Counted from the first letter of the stretch, positions 27,200 to 36,194 are shown. The stretch: 41,553 nucleotides of DNA from Allosphingosinicella sp. (GCA_045811445.1 JBJMTY010000171.1:1-41553), one strand, 5' to 3'. Numbers and translations: made by a program. The notes: generated from the letters alone by a model not told the origin.

Positions 27200-28045
27200 T
27201 CAAGAGGCGGCGGCGGCGCGGAAGGTGGAGCGGGCGGCGGGGAGGTAGAGCCCGCGGCAATCGGGATCGGACACGAAATCGCCGCTCTGGCCGATCACCG
27301 TCTCGCCGGCGCCGAGCATCAGCACGGTGTCGGGCATGGCCGCGGAAGCTAGCCGGGCGAAGGCCTCGCGCCGCACCGGGTCCGAGAAATAGAGGAGGAC
27401 GTTGCGGCACAGGATGATGTCGAAGCGGCCGGGGCGCGGGGGAGCGTCGACGATGCTGCGCACCTGGAAATCGACACGCGCGCGGATTTCCGGCGCGATC
27501 TGCCACGACGCGCCGGGGCGCTCCTCGAACCAGCGCATCATCTGGGTGACGGCGAGGCCGCGCTGTACCTCGAACTGGGAGTAGATTCCGTCGCGGGCGC
27601 GCTCGATCGCGGCGCGCGAGACGTCGGTGGCGACGATCTCGACCGTCCAGCCCGACCAGCGCAAGGTCTGCTCTGCAAAGCGCATGGCGATCGAATAGGC
27701 TTCCTGGCCGGTCGAGCAGCCGGCGCACCAGATGGCGAGCTTCCTCTCGGCCGCGCGCGCGCGTTCGAGGCGGGCGAGCGCCGGGCCGAGCAATTGGTCG
27801 AAGCTCGGCCGGTCGCGGTAGAAGAAGGTCTCGTTGTTGAGCAGCGCCTCGACGACCGCCTCGGACAGCTCCGAGCGGCCCGCGCCGACGAGGGCGCCGG
27901 CGAGCGCGTCGAGCCCGGACAGGCCGCGCTCCTTCATCACCGGCTGCAGCGCCGTCTCGATCCGCCAGCGGCGGGCATGGCCGAGCTGCTGGCCGGTCCG
28001 CGCCTCGAGCAAGGCGGAGAGGATGCGCGTCGCGCCGTCGCTCAC
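27200..28045 (-). CDS. cheR: Chemotaxis methyltransferase
   Basis: NNETFFYRD, WCAGCSTGQEAYS and FDIILCRNVLLYF motifs. Confidence 0.95.
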   Translation of the reverse strand: MSDGATRILSALLEARTGQQLGHARRWRIETALQPVMKERGLSGLDALAGALVGAGRSELSEAVVEALLNNETFFYRDRPSFDQLLGPALARLERARAAERKLAIWCAGCSTGQEAYSIAMRFAEQTLRWSGWTVEIVATDVSRAAIERARDGIYSQFEVQRGLAVTQMMRWFEERPGASWQIAPEIRARVDFQVRSIVDAPPRPGRFDIILCRNVLLYFSDPVRREAFARLASAAMPDTVLMLGAGETVIGQSGDFVSDPDCRGLYLPAARSTFRAAAAS

Positions 28046-29127
28046 GACTCGGCTCCGGCGCGCTCGGCGATCCGCGCGGCAAGCTCGGCCGGGGGCAGGA
28101 TCGCCGCGGCCAGGCCCGCTTCGGCGACGGCGCGCGGCATGCCCCAGACCGCGGAGCTGGCGCGATCCTGGACCAGTATCTCGCCTTCCTTCGCGGCGAG
28201 GGCGCGGGCGCCGGCGAGGCCGTCGCGGCCCATGCCGCTCATCACCACGCCAAGGCCAGCGCGGCCGTAGATCGCCGCGACCGCTTCGAGCGTCACGTCC
28301 ACCGAAGGGAGGCAGCCGCTCGGGGCGGGAGCGGGATCGAGGATGGCGATGACCTTGCCGCCGCGCCGCTGCAGCGAGAGGTGGGCGTCGCCCGGCGCGA
28401 GCAGAATTTCGTCGGGCTTGAGCGGAATCCCCTCTTCCGCGACCCGCACCGCGCGGCCGGACAGGCTTTCAAGCTGGCGGGCGAAGAAAGGCATGAACAG
28501 CGCCGGAAGGTGCTGGGCGACGAGGATCGGCGCGCCGATGCGCGGCGGCAAGGCCTTGAGAAGCTCGCCGATGGCGTGGAGGCCGCCGGTGGAGGCGCCG
28601 AGCGCCACGCAGCCGAGCCGGGCCTCGGACGGACGGCGCAGCGGCACGCTCGCGGGCGCGGGCGGCTCGACCGGGGCGGGCTCCGCGAGGCGGCGGATGC
28701 GCTCGGCGAGCACGGCGGAGAAGCGCCCGCCGAAATTCTGCGCGCCGGGCTTGGGCAAGGTGTCGGCGGCGCCGAGGCCGAGCGCCCTCACGGTCGCTTC
28801 CGCCCCGTCCTCGCAGAGGCAGGAGACGACCAGCACCCGCGCGCCGCGCCCGGCGGCGAGCAGGCGCGGCAGCGCGTCGAGGCCGGTGGTGCCCGGCATC
28901 TCGACGTCGAGCAGGATGAGATCGACCCGGGTGACGGCGAGCCGCTCCAGCGCCTCGCTGGCGCTCGACGCCTCGGCGACGACGTGGAAATCGGGCTGGG
29001 CGGCGAGCATGCGCGAGAGAACGGCCCGCGCGACGGCCGAATCGTCGACGACGAGGAGACGGATCGGCCTCGCCACGGGGCCAGCGTCCGCGTCCCCCGC
29101 CCGCGCGGCGGCGGCGGGCGGGCTCAC
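28042..29127 (-). CDS. cheB: Chemotaxis methylesterase (REC plus esterase domains)
   Basis: VVDDSAVAR, LLDVEMP, GASTGG, QHLP and GMGRDG motifs. Confidence 0.95.
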   Translation of the reverse strand: MSPPAAAARAGDADAGPVARPIRLLVVDDSAVARAVLSRMLAAQPDFHVVAEASSASEALERLAVTRVDLILLDVEMPGTTGLDALPRLLAAGRGARVLVVSCLCEDGAEATVRALGLGAADTLPKPGAQNFGGRFSAVLAERIRRLAEPAPVEPPAPASVPLRRPSEARLGCVALGASTGGLHAIGELLKALPPRIGAPILVAQHLPALFMPFFARQLESLSGRAVRVAEEGIPLKPDEILLAPGDAHLSLQRRGGKVIAILDPAPAPSGCLPSVDVTLEAVAAIYGRAGLGVVMSGMGRDGLAGARALAAKEGEILVQDRASSAVWGMPRAVAEAGLAAAILPPAELAARIAERAGAES

Positions 29128-29489
29128 GCGACCCCGACGATCTGCAATTTGCTGGCGAGGGTCTCGCGATCGAAAGGTTTCATCACATATTCGTCGGCGC
29201 CCGCGTCTATGGCGGCGCGGATATGGGCGGCGTCGTTCTCGGTGGTGCAGAAAACCACCTTCGGCGCGGCTCCGCCTTCGCGTTGGCGCAGGTTCCTCAG
29301 GAACTCCATGCCGCCCATCACCGGCATGTTCCAGTCGAGGAGCACGACGTCGGGCATGCGGCCGTCGCAGCGCTCGAGCGCCTCGCGGCCGTCCTCGGCC
29401 TCGTCGACGGCGAAGTCGAGCGTCTCCAGGATGTGGCGGGCGACCTTCCGGATCACCTTGGAATCGTCGACGATGAGGCAGCTCTTCAT
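29124..29489 (-). CDS. cheY: Chemotaxis response regulator
   Basis: Single receiver domain with IVDDS, LLDWNMP, CTTEND and MKPFD. Confidence 0.92.
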   Translation of the reverse strand: MKSCLIVDDSKVIRKVARHILETLDFAVDEAEDGREALERCDGRMPDVVLLDWNMPVMGGMEFLRNLRQREGGAAPKVVFCTTENDAAHIRAAIDAGADEYVMKPFDRETLASKLQIVGVA

Positions 29490-29555
29490 GTCAGCCCTCT
29501 TGAGTGGCGCCGGAAACGGGGTAGCGCGAAGAAGTAAGCGGGGCCTTAAGGCCGG

Positions 29556-29993
29556 TCATGCCGCTTCCACATTAGCGGCGGGGCCGGCGACGAGCGCGGC
29601 GACGTCGAGCAGCAGCAGCAGGTCACCGTCCGCCTCGACGCAGCCTTCGGCGGCGCGCGACCAGCCGGGACCGGTGCGAGCCGGCACCCGGCGCGGCGCG
29701 CCGGCGGCCTCGACCACGTCCTCGACGCTGTCGACCAGCAAGGCGTAGGGATGGCCGTCGACGACGGCGAGCACGGCGTCGCGGGCCGGCGCGGTGCCCG
29801 GCGGCAGGCCGAGCGCGGCGCGACTGTCGATGACGGTGACGACCCGGCTGCGCAGCGCGGAGAGGCCGCCGACATGGGGCGCCGCCCCGGGCACCGGCGT
29901 CAGGCCCTCGATCTCGACCACGGCCTCGATCGCCGCGGCCGGCAAGGCGACGCGCTCGCCGGCGATGTGGACGATGAGCAGCAAGCGGTTCAT
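29556..29993 (-). CDS. cheW: Chemotaxis coupling protein
   Basis: TPVPGAAPHVGGLSALRSRVVTVID and ALLVDSVEDV motifs. Confidence 0.92.
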   Translation of the reverse strand: MNRLLLIVHIAGERVALPAAAIEAVVEIEGLTPVPGAAPHVGGLSALRSRVVTVIDSRAALGLPPGTAPARDAVLAVVDGHPYALLVDSVEDVVEAAGAPRRVPARTGPGWSRAAEGCVEADGDLLLLLDVAALVAGPAANVEAA

Positions 29994-32290
29994 CGGCGTC
30001 CCTTCGCGAGGGCGCCGAGGATGGCGGCGCGGTCGTAGCGGTGCAGGCTGTCGTCCTTGCGGCCCGAAGGCTCGAGCGTGTCGCGAAGGCGCAGGATGCG
30101 GGCGGCCGAAGCGGGCGCGGGGTCCGCCGCGGCGCCGAGGATGGCGACCTCCGCGCCGACAGCGTCGGGGTCGCCGGGCGCGACGACGCGGTAGCCGGCC
30201 GATTCGACCAGCGGCCGCAGGATCGTCTCCATGAACGGATCGCCCTCGGGCAGCACGCAGACCGGCCGCGTGCCGCTGGCCGGCGCGGCGTGGCGGGCGA
30301 ACAGCCAGTGGAGATCGAGCATTTCGGCCTGCGCGTCGCCGACGCGGCAGACGCCGCTCACTTCGCCGGTGGAGGCGGCGGGCACGATGTCGGGGGCGAG
30401 GCGGAGCATGTCGACCACTTCCTCGACCGCATAGCCGAGGTCGACCCGGCCGTCGGTGAGGCGGAGCACCCGAACGGCACGGCCGGGCGGCGCATCGCAG
30501 CCTTCGAGCGGGAGCAAAGTGTCGCCGAGGCTGACGTTGAGCCGGCCGCCGGTGGCGGCGACCGCTTCAGGGGGAACGTCCTCGATCCGCTCGACGGCGG
30601 CGATCGGCACGAGGCGGAGCGGTCCGGCGAGGCTGCGGACCAGCAGCCAGGTCTCGCCGCGATCGGCGCGCACGGTCTCGGCGGCCTCCTCGCTCTCGGC
30701 GATCGGAGTGGCGCCGGCGCGGGCGGCGAGGCCGGGCGGGTCGAGCAGCAGGATCGGCTTGCCGTCGTCGGCGAGCGTCGTGCCCGCATAGAGGCCGGCG
30801 GCCATCACGGCCGGCGCGGCCGGTTTCACCACCAGCTCCTCATGGTCGTGGACCGTGGAGACGGCGAGCGCGAAGCGGCCGCCGCCGCCGAGCTTGAGCA
30901 CGACGAGGCTGCGATCCTCCTCGGACGCGGGCTCGGCGCCGGTCAGGCTGGCAAGGCAGACGAGCGGCATGCGCCGGTCGCGGATGGTGGCGATGGCGGC
31001 GGCGGCGAGCCGCTCGATCCGCGCGCCGCCGCCCCGCACCCGCACGATCTCCTCGATCGCCGAGCGGGGGATGGCGAAGGTCTGGCCGCCGGCGCCGACG
31101 GTCAAGGCGGGGATGATGGTGAGGGTGAGCGGCACGCGCAGGGTGAGCAAAGTCCCCTCCCCCGGCCGGCTGTCGATCTCGACCAGCCCGCCGATCCGCT
31201 CGACGTTGGCGCGCACCACGTCCATGCCGACGCCGCGGCCGGAGAGGGCGGTGACTTCGCGCGCCGTCGAGAGGCCCGGCTCGAAGACCAAAGCGGTCTT
31301 CGCCGCCGGGAGCAAGGCCGCCGCCCGCTCGGGCGTGAGCAAGCCGGCGGCGATCGCCTTGGCGACGAGTCGATCGCCGTCGATGCCGCTGCCGTCGTCG
31401 CCGATGCAGATCAATATCTGGTTGCCGGCCTGGCGGGCCGAAACCTCAAGCCTGCCGGTCTCCGCCTTGCCCGCGGCGCGCCGCGCCTCCGGGGCTTCGA
31501 TGCCGTGGTCGACGGCGTTGCGCAGGATGTGGGTGATGGGATCGCGGATCGATTCGATCATCTCGCGGTCGAGCTCGACGTCGCCGCCGTCGACGGCGAG
31601 GCGGACCTTCTTGCCGGTCTCGGCGGCGAGGTCGCGGACCAGGCGGGGCAGCGCCGAGAAGAGGTTGTCGATCCGCTGCATGCGGGTGCGGGTGATGGCG
31701 TCGCGCAGATCGGCGATGCAGGCCGAGACGCGTTCGAAGCAGGCGCCGACTTCCGCCCCGGCCTTGCCGTCGCGCAGGCGCCGGGCGAGCTCGTTGCGGG
31801 CGAGCACGAGGTCCGAGACGCCGCTCATCATCGAATCGAGCAGGTCGACGGGGAGGCGGATGGTGCGCACCGGCGCGATCCGGGCCTGTGCCGGCTCGGG
31901 CGCGGCGGGCGAAGGCGCGGAGCCGCCGGCGCCGAGCGCCTCGATCAGCGCCTCGTCGTCGAGGCTGGTGGGGGCTTCGCCGTCCTCGAGCGCCTGGACC
32001 AGCTCGCCGAGCCGGTCGATCGCGGCGAGGACGGCGCCGACCAGAGAGGCGTCGGCGGTACGGATGCCGGAACGGACCGCGGCGAGCGCGTCCTCGGCGG
32101 CGTGGCCGAGGGCGGTGATGCGCGGCAGATCGAAGAAGCCGCTATTGCCCTTGACGGTGTGGACGAAGCGGAAAATGGCGTCGAGCCGCTCGCGGTCGCC
32201 CGGCGCGGCTTCCCAGGCGACGATCTCGCCCGAAAGCGCCTCGAGCATCTCGCGCGTCTCGGCGATGAATTCGGTGACCAGATCGTCCAT
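29990..32290 (-). CDS. cheA: Chemotaxis histidine kinase with two CheW-like domains and a degenerate C-terminal receiver
   Basis: Hpt FRFVHTVKG, HILRNAVDHGIE, SGRGVGMDVV and PLTLTII motifs. Confidence 0.95.
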   Translation of the reverse strand: MDDLVTEFIAETREMLEALSGEIVAWEAAPGDRERLDAIFRFVHTVKGNSGFFDLPRITALGHAAEDALAAVRSGIRTADASLVGAVLAAIDRLGELVQALEDGEAPTSLDDEALIEALGAGGSAPSPAAPEPAQARIAPVRTIRLPVDLLDSMMSGVSDLVLARNELARRLRDGKAGAEVGACFERVSACIADLRDAITRTRMQRIDNLFSALPRLVRDLAAETGKKVRLAVDGGDVELDREMIESIRDPITHILRNAVDHGIEAPEARRAAGKAETGRLEVSARQAGNQILICIGDDGSGIDGDRLVAKAIAAGLLTPERAAALLPAAKTALVFEPGLSTAREVTALSGRGVGMDVVRANVERIGGLVEIDSRPGEGTLLTLRVPLTLTIIPALTVGAGGQTFAIPRSAIEEIVRVRGGGARIERLAAAAIATIRDRRMPLVCLASLTGAEPASEEDRSLVVLKLGGGGRFALAVSTVHDHEELVVKPAAPAVMAAGLYAGTTLADDGKPILLLDPPGLAARAGATPIAESEEAAETVRADRGETWLLVRSLAGPLRLVPIAAVERIEDVPPEAVAATGGRLNVSLGDTLLPLEGCDAPPGRAVRVLRLTDGRVDLGYAVEEVVDMLRLAPDIVPAASTGEVSGVCRVGDAQAEMLDLHWLFARHAAPASGTRPVCVLPEGDPFMETILRPLVESAGYRVVAPGDPDAVGAEVAILGAAADPAPASAARILRLRDTLEPSGRKDDSLHRYDRAAILGALAKGRR

Positions 32291-32312
32291 CCGGGCCGGT
32301 ATGGCCGCCGAT

Positions 32313-32330
32313 GGTTAAGAAGGCGTTTAC
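32313..32330 (-). promoter_or_regulatory. Candidate CtrA-like site upstream of cheA
   Basis: Minus strand TAAA-N7-TTAACC versus the consensus TTAA-N7-TTAAC. It is followed by a -10-like CATACC that ends 7 nt before the ATG. Confidence 0.5.
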
Positions 32331-32339
32331 TTGTGGGGA

Positions 32340-32975
32340 TCAGGCCGCCGGCAGGCTGGCGCCGATCAGCAGCACGCCGCCTTCCTCGGCGACCTGGATC
32401 TGGCCGCCGGTCTCTTCGACCAGGCAATGGGCGAGCCAGGCGGCGGCGGCGCGGGGGGCGAGCGCGGTCTCGTCGACGTCGCCGACCAGCACCTTCTTGA
32501 GCTCCGGGTCGAGGACGATGCGGGGCCCGTCGGCGCGCACGACGATGTCGAGGCCGGCCTCGTGCTTCTCGGCGCCGACGTCGAGCCGCCCGCCCCTCAC
32601 CAGAGCGTCGCCGGCGATGAGGACGAGGTTGAGCAGCACCTTCAGCGCCGACTTGCCCATGGTCGGCTCGTCGACCATCCAGCCCAATTGGATGCGGCCG
32701 TCGGCGCCGAACAGCCCCTCGATCGCCACCCGCGCCTCGCGCGTGTCGACCTCGTCGGCGAAGCCGCCGGCGGCGCCGAAGGCCAGGCGGAAGAATTTGA
32801 GCTTGTTGGCGCTGGTCCGCGCGCTCTCGGCGAGCAGATCGAGGCAGCGGGCGCGCATCTCCGGATCATGCTCGTCGCCGAGCAATTCGATGCCGTTGTT
32901 GAGCGCGCCGACCGGCGAGAGCAGGTCGTGGCAGAGGCGCGAACAGAGCAGGCTCGCGAATTCGTGGGATTTCAT
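32340..32975 (-). CDS. chpT: Histidine phosphotransferase ChpT
   Basis: FASLLCSRLCHDLLSPVGALNNGIELL and KLKFFRLAFG motifs, with a degenerate CA domain. Confidence 0.93.
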   Translation of the reverse strand: MKSHEFASLLCSRLCHDLLSPVGALNNGIELLGDEHDPEMRARCLDLLAESARTSANKLKFFRLAFGAAGGFADEVDTREARVAIEGLFGADGRIQLGWMVDEPTMGKSALKVLLNLVLIAGDALVRGGRLDVGAEKHEAGLDIVVRADGPRIVLDPELKKVLVGDVDETALAPRAAAAWLAHCLVEETGGQIQVAEEGGVLLIGASLPAA

Positions 32976-33120
32976 GCGCGGATCGGCCCCCGTTCTGGCG
33001 TCCGCCCCTAATGGCGGCATGGGATTCGAGTTGCAAGGCGAGGGTGGGGTTCGTGGGCGGGGGGCGGTGTTGGTGGGGAGCTTCGACCGGCGGCGGGGGG
33101 CATGGGATTCGACCGCAACC

Positions 33121-33422
33121 CGTCATGCCAGCAACGGCTGGCATCCAGGCGGAGCCTCCGGCGGCGGTGTGCATGGAGATTCGGCATGGGCCCCAGCCTT
33201 CGCTGGGGCGACGCGACTGGCCACCCGTCATGCCGGCGAAGGCTGGCATCCATGCGGAGCCTCCGGCGGCGGTGTGCGCGGGGATTCAGCATGGGCCCCA
33301 GCCTTCGCTGGGGCGACGTGATTAGCCACCGTCATGCCAGCGAAGGCTGGCATCCATGCGGAGCCTCCGGCGGCGGTGTGCGCGGGGATTCAGCATGGGC
33401 CCCAGCCTTCGCTGGGGCGACG
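33121..33422. repeat. Tandem array of three 93-bp CGTC-type REP doublets
   Basis: Units at 33121-33213, 33226-33318 and 33330-33422, each CGTCATGCCAGCGAAGGCTGGCATCCA-core-TGGGCCCCAGCCTTCGCTGGGGCGACG; period 104-105 bp. Confidence 0.93.
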
Positions 33423-33445
33423 GGTAAGGGCCAGCGACGGGGTAT

Positions 33446-33473
33446 CTTGATATCCGCTGGCCTCGCCCCACAT
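33446..33473 (+). promoter_or_regulatory. Candidate sigma32/sigma70-type promoter for rluD(-rpoH)
   Basis: CTTGAT-N15-CCCACAT resembles the alphaproteobacterial RpoH consensus CTTGAA-N15/16-CCTATAT. Confidence 0.5.
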
Positions 33474-33483
33474 CGGCTGTCCA

Positions 33484-34431
33484 ATGATCCGGGGGGACAG
33501 CATCATCGACGCGACGATCGCCGAGGAAGCGGCCGGCTGGCGGCTCGACCGCGCGCTCGCGGCGGCGGTGCCGACCTTGTCGCGCGAGCGGCTGAAGGCG
33601 CTGATCTCGAGCGGGCGGGTGAGCGGCCCGGCCGGCCCCGTCCGCGATCCCGCCGCCAAGGCGCTGCCCGGCGGCTACGCGGTCACCATTCCCGAGCCGA
33701 CGCCCGCCCATAACGAAGCGCAGGACATCGCGCTCGACGTCGTCTTCGAGGACGATCATCTGCTCGTCGTCGACAAGCCCGCGGGCATGGTCGTCCACCC
33801 GGCGGCGGGCAATTTCGACGGGACCCTGGTCAACGCCCTCCTCCACCATTGCGCCGGACGCCTGTCGGGGATCGGCGGGGTGGCGCGGCCGGGGATCGTC
33901 CACCGCATCGACAAGGACACTTCGGGGCTGCTGGTCGTCGCCAAGACCGACCGCGCCCACGAAGGCCTCGCCGCGCAATTCGCCCGGCACAGCATCGACC
34001 GGCGCTATCTCGCGATCGTCGCGGGCGTGCCGGTGCCGCCGAGCGGCAAGGTCGACGCCCCCCTCGCCCGCTCTTCGGCCAACCGGCAGAAGATGGCGAT
34101 CGTCGAGGGGCGCGGCAAACGGGCGGTCACGCATTATGCGCTGGTGACGCCGCTGCGCGATTCGGCGCTGGTCGAATGCCGGCTGGAGACGGGGCGGACG
34201 CATCAGGTGCGCGTCCACATGACCGCGCTCGGCCATCCCTTGCTCGGCGACCCGGTCTACGGCCGGACCCGGCCGGCGCATCGCGAGTTGTTGAAAAGGT
34301 TGGGTTTTGCCCGGCAGGCCCTGCACGCCGCCGAGCTCGGTTTCGTCCACCCCGCGACGGGTGAAACCTTGTCGTTCAAAAGCGCCGTTCCGTCCGATAT
34401 GCAGGAACTGTTAAGCGCGCTATCGCTATAG
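33484..34431 (+). CDS. rluD: RluA/RluD-family pseudouridine synthase
   Basis: S4-like RLDRAL, DKPAGMVVHP, HRIDKDTSG and LETGRTHQVRVH motifs; conserved position upstream of rpoH. Confidence 0.92.
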   Translation: MIRGDSIIDATIAEEAAGWRLDRALAAAVPTLSRERLKALISSGRVSGPAGPVRDPAAKALPGGYAVTIPEPTPAHNEAQDIALDVVFEDDHLLVVDKPAGMVVHPAAGNFDGTLVNALLHHCAGRLSGIGGVARPGIVHRIDKDTSGLLVVAKTDRAHEGLAAQFARHSIDRRYLAIVAGVPVPPSGKVDAPLARSSANRQKMAIVEGRGKRAVTHYALVTPLRDSALVECRLETGRTHQVRVHMTALGHPLLGDPVYGRTRPAHRELLKRLGFARQALHAAELGFVHPATGETLSFKSAVPSDMQELLSALSL

Positions 34432-34490
34432 GTAAGCAAACGGTCCGGCAAAAACACAACATCGCCGGGCCCAGGGAGTGAGAAGAAAAG

Positions 34491-35393
34491 ATGGCCAGCG
34501 GAAGAAACGTGGCGACGATTCCCGCCATGAGCGGCGAGGCGGGCCTCAACCGCTACCTCGCCGAGATCAAGAAATTCCCGATCCTCGCTCCCGAGGAAGA
34601 GTTCATGCTCGCCAAGCGCTGGTCCGAGCACCAGGACACCGACGCCGCGGCGAAGCTGGTCAACTCGCACCTGCGCCTCGTCGCCAAGATCGCGATGGGC
34701 TATCGCGGCTACGGCCTGCCGGTCAGCGAGCTGATCTCGGAAGGGAATATCGGCCTGATGCAGGGCGTGAAGAAGTTCGAGCCCGACCGCGGCTTCCGCC
34801 TCGCCACCTATGCGATGTGGTGGATCCGCGCCTCGATCCAGGAATTCATCCTGCGCTCGTGGAGCCTGGTCAAGATGGGCACGACGGCGGCCCAGAAGAA
34901 ATTGTTCTTCAACCTGAGGCGGATGAAGAACCAGATCGAGGCGTTCGAGGACGGCGACCTGAAGCCCGAGGACGTCACCAAGATCGCCACCCACCTCGGC
35001 GTCACCGAGGAGGACGTCGTCTCGATGAACCGCCGCATGGCGATGGGCGGCGACACCAGCCTCAACGTGCCGCTGCGCGAGGACGGCGAAGGGACTTGGC
35101 AGGACTGGCTGGTCGACAGCGAGCCGCTGCAGGACGAGCGCGTCGCCGAGGCGCAGGAAAGCCGGGTGCGGCACGAATTGCTGGTCGAGGCGATGCAGAG
35201 CCTCAACGAGCGCGAGAAGCACATCCTCACCGAGCGGCGCCTGACCGACGAGCCGAAGACGCTGGAGGAGCTCAGCCAGGTCTACGACGTCAGCCGCGAG
35301 CGCATCCGCCAGATCGAGGTCCGCGCCTTCGAGAAGCTCCAGAAGGCGCTGATGAGCCTGGCCGGCGAGCGGCGGCTGCTGCCGGCGGCGTGA
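34491..35393 (+). CDS. rpoH: Heat-shock sigma factor sigma32
   Basis: RpoH box AQKKLFFNLR, SHLRLVAKIAMGYRGYGLP and SRERIRQIE motifs. Confidence 0.98.
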   Translation: MASGRNVATIPAMSGEAGLNRYLAEIKKFPILAPEEEFMLAKRWSEHQDTDAAAKLVNSHLRLVAKIAMGYRGYGLPVSELISEGNIGLMQGVKKFEPDRGFRLATYAMWWIRASIQEFILRSWSLVKMGTTAAQKKLFFNLRRMKNQIEAFEDGDLKPEDVTKIATHLGVTEEDVVSMNRRMAMGGDTSLNVPLREDGEGTWQDWLVDSEPLQDERVAEAQESRVRHELLVEAMQSLNEREKHILTERRLTDEPKTLEELSQVYDVSRERIRQIEVRAFEKLQKALMSLAGERRLLPAA

Positions 35394-35401
35394 TACCCGT
35401 T

Positions 35402-35494
35402 CGTCATTCCGGCGCAGGCCGGAATCCATGACCATGGTCGTGCGAGGCTTCGGACCGCGGCGTTCATGGATGCCGGATCAAGTCCGGCATGACG
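35402..35494. repeat. CGTC-type REP doublet (93 bp)
   Basis: CGTCATTCCGGCGCAGGCCGGAATCCA...TGGATGCCGGATCAAGTCCGGCATGACG. The right arm is the exact reverse complement of the left arm at 18201-18228. Confidence 0.87.
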
Positions 35495-35540
35495 GTTCGA
35501 GACGATCATGCCCGGTCTCTTCCGGTCGCAATGCGAGCGG

Positions 35541-36194
35541 CTAGAACGGGTCTGGCGGGGCGGGCATGATCCGACAGTCGCCGCGGGCCGACCTTTCGAG
35601 TTCCTCTCGCGCGAACCTGCGTGCGGTGGCGAGCTTTTCCGCGAGCTGGAGCCGGGCCTCGATGACCACATCAGGAGCGGCCGCCCGGCTCGGGCCGAAG
35701 CTCAGCCTTAATTTCCCACTCCTTGCGATCGCTTCGACACAGGCAGACGTGGCGTAGCCGTGCTGGCTGAAGACCGAGGCGAACGCGACGGGTCCCGGCA
35801 TACGCAATGGAGGCCAGTAGCCGCCTGCCGTGTGAGAGAGGATCGGCCCTTCCCCGCAGACGAGGGTGATATTCATCGGCTCGTAGGCGCGGCCATCGCG
35901 CTGCCTCACGTCGAAATTCAAAAAACCGATGTAGGGGCCGCGGGGGCTATCGATGTTCGCGATGGTCAACCGGATCGGCTGGGCGCGGACCTCAACGCCA
36001 CGCGCCTGAACAGCTCCGGGTGGGACCGTATAATCAAGGGTGAAATCAGGAGTGCCTGCCATAAGATATTCGGTGAGGGCAAACCCATCCCCGATATCGA
36101 TCGACGGGTGCGTGCCGCAATAAGGCGACAGCGGTGCTGCCGCCACGGTCGGAAGCATTCCAAGAAGAGCGAGATGGCGAATTTTTCCGACCAC
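35541..36194 (-). CDS. Hypothetical secreted protein with atypical, lower-GC composition
   Basis: 217-aa ORF with a hydrophobic N-terminus (RHLALLGMLPTVAAA) and four Cys; no recognisable family. Confidence 0.6.
   Translation of the reverse strand: MVGKIRHLALLGMLPTVAAAPLSPYCGTHPSIDIGDGFALTEYLMAGTPDFTLDYTVPPGAVQARGVEVRAQPIRLTIANIDSPRGPYIGFLNFDVRQRDGRAYEPMNITLVCGEGPILSHTAGGYWPPLRMPGPVAFASVFSQHGYATSACVEAIARSGKLRLSFGPSRAAAPDVVIEARLQLAEKLATARRFAREELERSARGDCRIMPAPPDPF

Noticed and set aside
26475-28082. 535-aa extended amidase ORF; similar over-long ORFs for atpB, atpE, pspC and ferredoxin
   Set aside because: The N-terminal extensions are alternate frames of upstream genes; starts were reassigned to match domain boundaries.
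30041-32500. Long antisense or alternate-frame ORFs (for example 819 aa opposite cheA, 652 aa opposite ydbH, 650 aa opposite the S9 peptidase, 573 aa opposite dnaX)
   Set aside because: Shadow ORFs are expected at high GC; they overlap well-supported genes and carry no motifs.
33121-33422. CRISPR array interpretation of the tandem repeats (also 37258-37455)
   Set aside because: The intervening cores are near-identical rather than unique spacers, the arms alternate in orientation, and there are no cas genes in the window. REP doublets fit better.
32866-33713. ORFs reading through the repeat arrays (MPAFAGMT or VMPAKAGIH peptides; also 36232-37475)
   Set aside because: These are translations of the palindromic repeats, with no independent coding evidence.
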